From positions 124,001 through 188,000 of the forward strand of contig NW_026250434.1 of the NCBI RefSeq assembly GCF_024521635.1: DNA of 64,000 nt, given 5' to 3'. Every line of letters starts with the position of its first letter. Position 1 is the first letter of the stretch. The position numbers and the translations under genes were made by a program. Source of the stretch: Tricharina praecox. Taxonomy: Eukaryota. Under the pieces are notes generated by a model. It saw only the letters and a list, made by a program, of their open reading frames with translations. It was not told the DNA's origin and did not search any database. Below are positions 24,943 to 36,854 of the stretch, in pieces.

Positions 24943-26400
24943 ATGGCATCTCCGTTATTATCGTCCCGGGCGCCAGAAACGCCACAGATCATTCCGCCGA
25001 CGCCCACGGGGATGACAACGACGGGCCTCGGCATCGATAGCGAAACGATGTCGCTGGCCACGGCGTTCCCGGCGTTTCATGCCGCCGCTGTGGCACCGGC
25101 GGAGAAACAGGCGAGCGCAGGCCCGTTTAACTTCCAGCCCATGGTCGCGAGCAAGTCGCCTATTATTCCCAAGCCGGTTCGTACTGTGGACAAGCTGAAG
25201 CTTCTCGGGGGTGGGGGATGGGGGGTGGAGGGAACCCAATGCTAATAGCTCGGGAGTGGTAGAACCAACGGCGCGGGCATAAATACAAGCACTCGTCCGT
25301 GTCTCACCAGATATTTCTCGAGCCGCCAGTCCGCGCGCCACTCACGCTCCCCGCCAGCCTCCCCATGCCGACGTGGAAAGAGCTCTACCGGTCCGTGTCA
25401 TCTGAGCAGCGGCGCCGCGCGCTGTGGTGCATTGCGCACCTGGGCGTCGCCGCGTTCACGCTGTACTCCGCCGCTGGAAGCCTCGCCCTCACCGCGCTCA
25501 GCCACCTTATCATGTTTGATGCCCTCGGCGCAACGGTCTGTGCTGCCGTCGATGTGCTGAGCAACTTTGACGTCTGGAAGAGGAGCAGTATTAGACACCC
25601 CTTTGGGCTGGAGAGGGCGGAGGTCCTTGCGGGGTTTGCAATGAGTGTTTTCCTGCTGTTTATGGGCTTCGATATCATCAGTCATGGCGCGGAACATTTA
25701 CTAGAGGGATGGTGGTTGGAGGAGGGTGAGGGGCATGTGCATGAGGAACATGTCGCGAGGGTCACCGCGGGCAGCATCGATGTGGCCGCCCTGGCTGCCC
25801 TGGCGGCGACAACCGTCAGCGCGCTGCTGTTGAAGAATCATGCGCGGATCGGGCGAGGTGTGTCCCCCCGCGCTGTGTTTATTACTCCACCAGCTATGCT
25901 AACAACTCTTAGCAATGCACATAGCAGCGCTCAGCCACCTGCCCTCGATCCTCAGCAACCCCTCGCACCTGCTCACACTCGCAACCTCAACTCTCCTCCT
26001 CCTGATACCTTTGCTCTCACTCCCCCAATCCTCATACCTCGACCGAGCACTGGCACTAACCATGGCCTTGTCGATGATCGCGATCGGCGCGCGGCTGGTG
26101 CGCGTTCTCGGTTCGATGCTATTGATGTCGCACTCTCGCGGCGCAGATGTGGTGCCCAAAGTCGTCGACGAGATAAGCAAGGACCTCGCGGTCCGCGAGG
26201 TCCAGGAGGCACGATTCTGGCAGGCGCATCATGGCCTGTGCATCGCTACGCTGAAGGTCGTTATGGAGGCGGGCATGGAGGAGGGACGACTCAGGGAGCG
26301 CGTGGGGAGGCTGGTTAGGGAGCGCTTGGGCGGCGTCTATGGCTCTACGAAGGGGCAGGGCGCTAGGTGGGAGGTCAGTGTGGCTGTTACGACGCTGTGA
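24943..26400 (+). CDS. Cation diffusion facilitator (Zrg17-like zinc transporter); introns approx. 25177-25262 and 25859-25912
   Basis: PFNFQ, RRGHKYKHSSVSHQIFLEPP, ALSHLIMFDA, HPFGLERAEVLAGF, multiple TM helices and a C-terminal RWEVSV. Confidence 0.85.
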
Positions 26401-27519
26401 GGTAAGTGGTGGGGTGGGGAAATGTACGCATGATGGTTTATGGTTCATGGTTGGTGCTTGGTGGTGATAGGATATGATCGGGAGGGGGGGTTTCACGTGC
26501 ATAGTAGGCAGACGAGTGATGTTGTGTGCCCTCGGTTGGCCGCCCGCCAACCAATGCAACACGAATTTTCGCTCACGTGAAGTGTGATGGGATTGGGAGA
26601 CGGGATGTGCAATGAATCAATGACCCGGGAAGTAATGGTTGTGATGGCGCAATATGATACCTACATGTGATTTTGATGCTCCGCCCTCTGATCCGGGCTG
26701 GCTGTGGATATCGTGAGTGAAGTACCTACTGGTACATATCATGTGCGGTAGATAAGTTACAACCCTACTTACCTACTCTATTCTGGAGTGTATTGTACTT
26801 TTGCTACCAAGTTCAGAATACGTCCATGCCCATCATGCGGAAACACGCGTCTTCTTCTTCTCAGATACTTGCTTTCTCACTGAGTATCTTTGTTGTGGTA
26901 GGTAGAGCACCGGATCGAGAATCGGGATGATGTCTTCTGCCGTTGTTGCCGACTTCCAAAGTGCCTCGTCGCCGGAGATCGAGCCTTACCCAAGTACCTT
27001 GCGCGATCCCTGAATTAAGCATCAATTGGTTTTACCCCAGAATATCTCCTCGCGATGTTGCGTGCGTGCGCCGTACGTGCGTTCCTTCTTTCATTTTTCC
27101 TTGGAAGCCGGCAGGGGTAGGTACTAGTAGTTGTTGTTGAGTTCCACGGGATGACGATCTGCCATTCCCGGGGGTGGTTGATGTCACTTTAACCATACAA
27201 ACTTGCATGGTGGTGGGGCGATGACATCAGTGCATCGCAATGACCAAATAATCAAACACCCAATAATCAAGGACCCCACCAGGCTCACGCAGGAAACAAA
27301 CAAACACACATCTCGTATAAAATCGAAGGAAAGGAACCGCTTCTTCTTATCTCTCTACTTCACACACACACCGCACGAAATACCCCCACACAATTCCTAC
27401 TATTACTACTTCTACTACCACGAACACATCCACGAACACATCCTACCTACAAATTACGAACACCTTTCTTCACATACTCACTCAATTCCCTACAAAAACA
27501 CACATAACACACCGCAATC

Positions 27520-30160
27520 ATGGATCGAATCAACGCCGCCGCCGAGACCGTAAAAGACGCCATCTGGGGCGAGGACACGACCCGCGACGAGAGCGTTGTC
27601 GGAACCGCCAGCGGTACACACCGAGCCGGCGAGCGATCGACTATCGGCGACTCCCTGACCCACGATGATGGTTACTCCAGAAACCAGACCGCCATGAAGG
27701 GCCTGAGCGGCCAGCACCCTAGCACTGTCGGCGATATCGAGGCTATGCAACGCGGCAGTGCGAGGGGCCCGGCAGGTGATCATGCAAAGATGCCGGGGGC
27801 TTTCGGGTCGGATATCACCGCTGGCTCGTCGAGATATGATCAGACTGGCAGCGAGTCGAGACATGGATTGACTAGCAACACCACCTCCGGACATGGTCTG
27901 ACCGGTACCACGGTGGAACACGGATTGGTTGGCGGTTCGGGTCACGGATTGACTGGTGGACGGGATACGATCAGCGGTCATGACCATACTCTTGACGCCA
28001 ACAAGCAGAGTGGTCAGGGTGGGTTGCTTTCGGGCATCACGGGGAAGATTGGTATGGGAAATACTACCTCCTCATCCACTTATGGTCAGCACCCTGGAAC
28101 GTCTACGGGCAGTAATGACAACACTTTGACTGGATCAATTACTTCCGGCCTGTCGAATCTCGTGGCTGCCACCGGATTGACTGGCGGCAACACAACTTCC
28201 GACACCTATCGCGATACCGATCGTTCCCTCGGTCAGACATCTACCACTCACCCCACTACCGGAACGACCACTGGTAGGAATGATAACACCGTGACCGGAA
28301 ACATCTCTTCGGGTCTCTCGAACATTGCCGCTTCTACTGGATTGACGAGCGATAACAAGTCCAGCACCTACCGTGACACCGACCGTTCCCTGGGTCATGG
28401 TTCTGCTACGCACTCTACTACTGGTAGGAACGACAACACCATGACTGGAAACATGACCTCCGGTCTCTCGAACCTTGCGTCGTCCACCGGATTGACTGGT
28501 AACAAGTCGGACACTCACCACGACACCGACCGCTCCCTTGGTCATAGTTCCACCACGCACCCTACCACTGGTAGGAACGATAACACCGTGACTGGCAACA
28601 TCTCCTCGGGTCTCTCGAACATTGCCGCTTCTACTGGATTGACAGGCGACAACAAGACCGGTACCTACCGTGACACCGATCGTTCTCACGAGAACCCCCT
28701 TTCGCATCACCATGATACGACTTCCACCCACCACGACCGTTCTACGGACCACTCTGGCTTGACCGGACGTGATACCACTTCCCATCACAGGGATCACTCG
28801 CCTCCTGGTGCTGGTCTCTCCTCGGGTATCATTGCTGCTACTGCTGCCACTGGTTTGGCCAAGAACAAGGACATTACCACCCGCCACAACGACGACTACC
28901 GCACTGGCACCACCCACCATGATGACCATCACACTCATCATTCCACTGGAGTGCCCACGACTTTGTCGTCTGGACCCGGCGGCGCCAACCCCTTCACGAG
29001 TGACCGCACCGAGGTCTACACTTCTAGTCACAAGCACGACCACCCTACCGGCGGTGTCTCAGGCTTGACCCACAAGGACCACACTCACGACCACCACACC
29101 ACTGGTGTCACAGGCATCCCCCTCGGCGGAGACCGCACCCACGACCACCACACTACTGGTGTCACGGGCATCCCCCTCGGTGGAGACCACAGCCACACCT
29201 CTACCACCAACCCTTTCAGATCTAACCCTACCCACAACACCCACTCACCGGCTCAGTCTACCGAGTCCGGTGATTACCGCTCCATCAACGCCCCCGCCGG
29301 ACCGACTGGTACAGCCATCTCGACCACCTCCAACAAGCCCCACGACAGTCCCTTCCAGGATGTCAACCAGGGACGTCTCGGCGAGCCTCCATCTCCCCGC
29401 AACTTGACGACTGGTCTCACCAACCGCGCAGGTGACGACACTTCGGCGCGCAAGTCGACTGTTGGCGGCATGCACGAGCCTAGCACCCTTACTGGTTCGG
29501 CAGCTGGCGGCCCAGGTGCTCAGGTTCCTGCCTCCGTCGGGGGCTACCCGGATGCGAGTTCGCAGCCTTCGGATATTCATCAAGGTTCCGCTAGGCCCCA
29601 TGAGGAGCCCAAATCTACCGGCCTACACGGAAACAGGTACGGTCAGCAGCCTATGAGTTCTACCGGCCAGCACGGGATCGACATCCGCCGCAAATCCATC
29701 CCCCTCGTCGAAGGTCATCCGGAGAGCAGCGGCCCCAAGACTCACCCGACCGAGAAGCTTCCTAGCGGTCCCGGCACGGGCGAAGGTACTGGCGAGAAGT
29801 GGGTCAAGAGCACTGGAGTCGTCGCTGAGGGCGGAAACTTCGATGCCGCTGCCCCCGGCGCCGGTCGCGAGGCGGACCGTCTGTTGGACGAGCATGGCAT
29901 TCATCACGGTGCCGACATCAAGCCCGGAACCCAGACTTACGACACCACCCCCGGCAAGCCGAGCCTTGGAACCGAGACTGCTGGCCACCAGACCACCAGT
30001 GGAGCTCACGACACCCACCACACCACTGGAGCTCACGACACCACTACCAAGCCTAGCCTCGGAGACAAGATCAAGGGTTCATCCTTTCCTATTCCCCCCT
30101 ATCACTGATAACTATTGCTAACTATTTCCTGCAGAGAAGCTTCACCTCGGTCACCACTAA
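27520..30160 (+). CDS. Large hydrophilic G/T/S/H/D-rich repeat protein (hydrophilin/dehydrin-like), function unknown; last intron 30077-30134
   Basis: Long ORF with biased codon usage and internal repeats. It has a higher-complexity motif GTGEKWVKSTG..AEGGNFDA..PGAGREADRLL and ends KPSLGDKIKEKLHLGHH after splicing. Confidence 0.8.
28108..28690 (+). repeat. Four in-frame tandem repeats of about 147-165 nt (GRNDNTVTGNISSGLSNIAASTGLT..DTDRSLG)
   Basis: Unit starts at 28108, 28273, 28423 and 28570. Confidence 0.92.
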
Positions 30161-32191
30161 ATGTCTGTACGACATGAGGATATGATGTGATACGATTTTC
30201 CTTTGGTTTTTTTTAACGGGATGGGATCTTGTACTTGTATGCTTTCTGGGATTTGGGATTTGGGATCGGGTTTCTTCTTTTCTTTCTACGCATAGGATAG
30301 CTCGTTAATGGAATGGGTTTCCTCCTATGATGAATCATCGGTGTGTAGAATGTGATGTGCGTGTGCATGTGTAATGGGTCCTGCGATTTCTCGTAGAGTA
30401 CATGCGTGTGCCGATCAAATTGGGAAATCAAGATGGGTGGCATCACTCCGCCGCTGAACAGTAAGGTTGCTCCATGTGATGCCTCCACCGAACGGCAACG
30501 GCAATCGTGTCAGCGGTAAGGACTACTCAACGTCCCGAATCATGAGCCTCTCCTATCCAATGCCGCCCCCGAACGGCAGCCGAAGTAGCCGATCGTTTGT
30601 ATATACCCAGGTACTTGCCTAGATAGTCGCTTCCATAGCCCATCAAGGACCATACATGTCAAACTTTGGACGCCTAGGCCCCAGAGATATTGGCGCGAAT
30701 AAAGTTCCACCGTCCATGGCGGACGGCCGACAGAGCGCGAGTGCTGCCTGGGGCGAGTACTCTAACCTAACCCACGGCGGGCCGGTGGAACCTGGGGCGA
30801 GTAGAGTAGAGTAACCTTCGGATGAAGAAGTGAAGTCTGAAGTCTGAGGTATGTATGTAAACAGGTACCATGGGCATGCCCCGTCTCCGTGACTCCGTCT
30901 CCGGAAGTGCCGGTGGTTTGGTGAGGTAAAGTTTATTTTGGAGTATGTAGTGTAAGTACATAGAGCTCGCATCTTTCACCCGCCCCTGTGCTCTGACTGG
31001 CATTCATTCGTGCAGCCGAAGGAATATACTCTAAATACTCACCGGTCGTCGGAGGTTGGAGGTCGGAGGTAGGAGGTCGTCGGAGGTAGGTAGGTAGGAG
31101 GTCGGAGGTAGGTAGGGGAACTAAGCGAGAGAGGGGGTGGGGCGGATTTCAGGGTCCAGTGGAGTCGATGTTCGGGTCGTCTCCAGGCTCTCAGCCACCT
31201 CGGAGGTGAATGGAAGGGAAGGTGACGAGTGCATTGGGGAGGAAAATAAATACGCATGGAGTGTTGAGCGGGATGGGCGGACGAGGGGGTGTGTGTGCCA
31301 AGCACGGCCAATCCCTTCCTTCATAGCCGTGCACTCGACGCTCGTATCGTATCGCCGCTTTTGGGCAATTGGGCAATTCATAGGTACGGCGCCGCTCAAG
31401 TGATTTGTCTCAACTTACGGCTACCAATACTCAAGTAGTTTTTTGATTAGCCGCGACTTCCTGTTTTTTTCTTCTTCTTTCTTGCTTTCCGACTCGTCAC
31501 AAGACGCTCCGAGATGTGCTCCGGCGCCCTGCAGTGCTCTTTCCCGGATGGTCGCCGGTCGGGCAAAAACTTGAAAGTTGAGGTGGGAGGAGGGGTACCA
31601 ATTGCCCCGCCTTCAGCTGCTCCCGACCGACCGTGTGTGGGCAGTAGGTACCGGTAGTAATAACTCTGCTAACGGTCATGTTTACTATGATAGCTATAGC
31701 CCGAGTACTCCGGCCTCAAGTTTCAACTGGACAAAGACCGCTGATGTTCACCGAGGATTTTTACGATCGCCCTTGTACTCTGCTCGTCCATAAAAGACTC
31801 GGTCCCTTAGTACCGGTATCAGTTTGGGTAATGGGTGATGAACCGGCCAAAGTTCGCATCGCAGTTGTACATAAGTACTTTGTATCTACTGTTCCACATC
31901 CCAGTCCGGCGAATCCTCATGCACTCCGGGCTGAGGAATGCAACGGGTCTACCCCCGCATGCGCGTGCCAATCCGTGCTGCGGGCCAATCCAATCGTCTC
32001 GCCCGAAAAAAAAAAAATCCCCGCCCCCGCATCTCTCGCGGGGGCAGTGGCACTCAATCCACTGTCTGTCTGTCCAGGTGTTTACAGTATCAAATCTCTT
32101 TACATAAGTAAACACAACCTGCCTCCTTCGCCGTGCACTCCCCACCAGCTGCTCGTTTTCCACAGCAGAATCCAGATATCGACAGCTTCGA

Positions 32192-35092
32192 CATGGAGAC
32201 GACAATGGAAGAAACGGTCGAGACAGCAGAGACGGTCGAGACGGTCGAGATAATAGAGGCGAAATCACAATACCAACACTTTATCCCCAGGTTCGTTCTG
32301 CGGGAGTTCTCGGTGCCCGAGGACGAGGTTGCTGCTAGTATTGCTGCTGCTACTGCTACTGCTACTTCGGCTGCTGGTCCTTCCGGAGGGGGGAGTGGGG
32401 GACCCGGAGGGACGGCGAATAAAAGGCCCAAGAGAGGGAATAGGAAGAAGAAGCCCGGGAAAAAGAAGAAGGCCAGTGGTGGCGGCAATGGAGGGGGTGG
32501 ATCATCGGCGGTGGATAAGATTGCCGAGGCAATGGAAGGTGTGAAGTTGGAAGAGGGCGAGGACGATAAGAAGGTGGAGCAAGAGGTGGAGAAGGGGGAG
32601 GAGAAACCACTGCTGGATAAGGGAAAAGGAAAGGCAATCGATACCAAAGATGCGGATCAAGGACGGTAAGTACTCATCATGCTATAACTTTGGAAGGCTA
32701 CAGGATTCAAGATTGACTGGCTTTAGGCGTCGCCGGCCCCGTGCCCGGAAAGAAGACCCCCGCAACCCGCTCATCAAATTCTTCAACCTAAACACCGGAG
32801 AAATCGAGCACAATCGCGTAGGTCGCGCCTACGGGCACCAGGATATGTACCGCGACGTCACCGCCAGTGACGCCAATCACATTGAGAAGCAACTTTCCGT
32901 TCTAGAGCAGATAGCATCCCGCGCCATCAACCGTATCAAAGACTCACAGAAGATGGGGGCCTCATCGGTGAACCTCACGCGGACCGAACTCAACACCATC
33001 CGCAAATTCCTCTTCGTCATGAAGTATCGCAACAACCGGTTCTGGCGGAAATACAACTGCGGGTCCATGGCGGCGTACGATGAGGTCGACAAAGCTGAAG
33101 TGCAGAAGTTTATGCGGCGGCGGGGCTTCAAAAATCCCGGCGAGGTGTGGTTATGCACCATCAAAGCCATCTTGGATACACAGATCGATCCGGAGGGAAA
33201 GTGGAAAACGACGGTACTGGAGAATGCATTCGAACACGATGCGTTATGGTTCATCTTCAACATGACGGAGTCATACCTCAATTTCTGTACACCTGATAAC
33301 CCGGAGCAGGATGAATTCATCGTTACAGAGAACGGCTTTGGCATCCATGAAGGTCCCTCGATGCATAGTGTATCCATCGATCCCGGCACCGGTTCCAAAA
33401 AGGTCCAGAGCGGGACATACACCGAATACCATAAACTCGCCCCGCTGTCACCAAAGCTCCTCCTCGTCCTACGATCAAATTATCTCCGCCCGGGAAGCGA
33501 AGAGGCCCTGCGAGTCATACGTGCGCGCCCCAACGTGCCGAACACTCCCAGTCTGTTTGAAGACCTCCAACTTGCCCCCGCAACAGCAAGCTACGGCTCT
33601 TTCATCGGCCCAAACGAGGAACTCAGCGATGACCACGTGTTCACGTTCTCGATCCAGAAGATCTCGCGGAAGTGGGTGAATGACTTCAACGCCATAGCAC
33701 TCGAGGAGGCTCGGGCGTCGATTTCCTGGAAATCAGATATGGCGATGCAGAGGACGTTACGGGCGTATCTCGAGCATCCAAAGTTTCCGCCAATGGCAGC
33801 GATGATGGCGGAACTGAAGAGGGATGCGAAGGTGCGGTTACTTACCTTGCTGGGTGGAGACACGACGTCGGTCCTAAAGCCTATGGTGTTGACGGGGGAT
33901 TTGACGGAGGAGATGGCGGAGAAGCTGAGGCGGAAGATGGAGAAGGGAATGCCAGAAGACATGAAGCGGGAGATGCAGAATAACGTGAAGCTTGCACCGT
34001 ACTACAAACTGGGTATGCCCCCCCACCTCCCCCCCCCACCCCCCGTCCATTCTCTCCGGCACACAGCTTACGATAATCAGGTGGAACCCCCGCACGCCTC
34101 ATGCCTGACATGGACCGCGCCAAAACAATAACCACGCAGCGCTCCGCCTCCGCTGACCGCTCGCGGAAGGGCCCACAGTACCTCGAAGCTCGCAATGCCA
34201 ACTCCCGCAGGGAGATGATGACCCTATCCAAGCTCCCCAGCACCGTTATCTTCTGGCATGTCAAGCAGTGGCGGATGAACGCGATGGTTAATAAGTACAA
34301 GGCCACCGGAATGACATTGAGCCCGGAAGAAACGGTCACACTGGGGATGGAAGGGCCTGAGGATTGGATTGCTGAGTGTATGTAACCCTCCAAGTTCGGA
34401 AAGTAGAGAGGATGTACTGATGGAAGGGAAAGTGGCTGCAGTCATAGAGGAGAAACATAGATCCCGCCTCATGCTGGAAGCTTCGTTGAAAACGTTTTTC
34501 CGCCAGATAAAGATGGAATCAGTAGTGATGATGGGAATGGATGTGGAAGATATGACGTATATGATGATGGAAAACGAGCTGGATCTGTTTAAACAATGGG
34601 GTGAGCAGTCACCTAGAGCATCTGCGCCGTTGGATCCGTGCTAATTTTCACTAGGCGGGATATCAAGTTCTTGTGAGCAAATCCGTTTACCCCAATTACT
34701 CCTTCCGTCATTGACCGATCATACTAGGCTTCGTCGAGGGCTATCCAGCCCTCCACACCAACCTCGCCGCAGCGATAATGGATCCACGGCGAAGCAAGAA
34801 GACGGAAGCTAAGATTCCAGACCAATTCATCCAAGATCTAACACTATGTAGCGCTCTGAGGCAGAGCAAAGCAATACAGAATACGCTGTGCTGCGGTGCT
34901 GGGCAGGATAGGGAACGGAAGCTGCTCGGGAAGTTGCTGTGGGAGGCACTCTATTGGCTGCCAACGGAAAATGACCCGCATATGCCGATTTTCGGAATAA
35001 AGAGCGAACAGATAACGCGGGAGGGGCCCTTTGGTCTCGGTTGGCTGGCAAATTTGTACGCGACGCTGACACAGCCCAGCGCCGAGCGGTGA
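32192..35092 (+). CDS. DUF4238-domain protein; about 6 exons including an 18-nt micro-exon (34655-34672)
   Basis: N-terminal QYQHFIPRFVLREF motif, DMYRD, IEKQLSVLE..A, LNTIRKFLFVMKYR, EFIVTENGFGIHEG and APLSPKLLLVLR. GT-AG introns link all ORF pieces in frame. Confidence 0.8.
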
Positions 35093-35203
35093 ATGGAATG
35101 CTATCTAGCTAGGGCATTAGGTACTTAACTAGAGTAACTTTAATGGCGACTTGTTGTCTAAATTTCCCTTCCCTTCCCTTCCTTTGGAATCCAAGTAGCG
35201 GAC

Positions 35204-35600
35204 CAGTGTTCTCCATAGTCCGGTCCAGACTGCAGTCCGGACGGGACGGACTGCCAAAATCCAGTCCCGTCCGTGCCTTTTGGTGGACGGGATAAAAGTA
35301 GTCCGTCCCGTCCGCCAATTTGCTGGACGGGGTTGGACTGCAGTCGACTGCAGTCTGGTAGTGAGAAAAGTGCCACTCTTTTCAGCACTTACCCACCAAA
35401 CCTGATAGTATCTCCCCCCAGCCACTACAACCTCCGATAATACGCCACGGGCTTTCTATCGTGATTTATGACGCCTTGAACCAGTCTTGGTAGTCGACTG
35501 CAGTCGACTGCAGTCCGTCCCGTCCGGCCTTACTGGTGGACTAGGTAGTCCGTCCGATAGACACCTCCGGACGGATTGGACTGGACTATGGAGAACACTG
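35204..35600 (+). mobile_element. hAT-type MITE (copy B, 397 bp)
   Basis: Perfect 18-bp TIRs CAGTGTTCTCCATAGTCC. The 8-bp flanks TAGCGGAC and CAGCAGAC match 6/8, both differences being transitions. Many GTCCGTCCCGTCC subterminal motifs. Confidence 0.9.
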
Positions 35601-36854
35601 CAGCAGACCGTGATACATAAGGGCACTGCACTGGGAATACCGAGCAAGTTGAAGTACCTACATACCATTTCGACTTGTGGATGTTCGTGCCAGGTCAATC
35701 AGGAACCTGATATACCTACACAGAATGCAACGATGACGGGAACTGCAATGTTTATATTAGTTATACATAACTATACCTATACCGGTATTCCTGACTCCCG
35801 ATCGAGTGCTGGGGACGTCCCATCTTACCTACACTCGCATCTCCGTGCCCAGTTCCGTTTACTAACTACTCCCCGCCTGGTACATGAAGGGTGGAACACT
35901 GCCTATGTACCTACATACCTACAGTACTAGTTCTCACTCGTCGTCTAGATAAGCTTTCTGTCTCTTTTGGTGGTGGTTTTATTAGCCGCGAGCTATGTTA
36001 GTTATGTACAAGTACATAATTACTAACCAACTATAGGTACTTACTTACACTACTGCGCTGAGGTAGATATGTAGGCCATGCTGTCGTTCCTCATGTTCTT
36101 CCCGTATCTACATATGTACATAGCGGTTCTAACTTCTAGGACAATATTTAAATACCGGAATGGCACCTATAACTAATGCATAACTTACGCAGTAACTACC
36201 GTACTCTACTCTGCGAGTACTGGCGCAGTAACCTGCGGATTGATCTTGTGGCTAACTACTATAAGCCAACAGGACCGGGGTAACTAAGCATGTTTACCTA
36301 CCGCGGTTCCGAGACATCGCCTTGCAGGAATACGATACATACATGATAGTATGTAGAAGACATGTGGCCGCCCCTCGCGAAAAGAAAAAAAAACATCTCC
36401 GGACGGTGGCGTTGTGCTTCTAAGGCAGAAGGATTACATACCCAGCATCGCGGTGGGTGGGGGGTGAAAGCGGGGCTTGCATATCGTAAAGTAGTTACCT
36501 TGTACACTTCGCTGGCGATTGGCGGCTTGTCTTCGCGGCGTAGTTGGATATAGTAACTATAGGTACATCTACTCGATGTGTTTCTTGAACGATTCGACAG
36601 CCTACTGGTGCGATACTGTACAGTGGTACGTACACCTGTGTTTCTACGATTGGATGCAACTACCTAAGTACCTACTCCAGGCATCCATATTCGCAGCCGC
36701 AATGGATCTGACGGCGGAGACTACTATAGGTAGATAAAGATCCAGTATTCACGGCGAAGATGTCCCGACAGTGATGCAATTTTCGTCGGACGAGCTCTCC
36801 ATTCACCCCGCGAAATCCCCCTCACCACCCTAGCCCCGCTCCCCCCGCTCCGTA

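Noticed and set aside
35336..35515. Palindromic direct repeats with a unique spacer resembling a mini-CRISPR
   Set aside because: Only two repeats, a 140-nt spacer, a eukaryotic context with no cas genes, and they lie inside a TIR element.
35982..36255. Short inverted pair TTAGCCGCGAG / CTTGTGGCTAA as MITE ends
   Set aside because: Only 9/11 match and no TSD; not distinguishable from chance.
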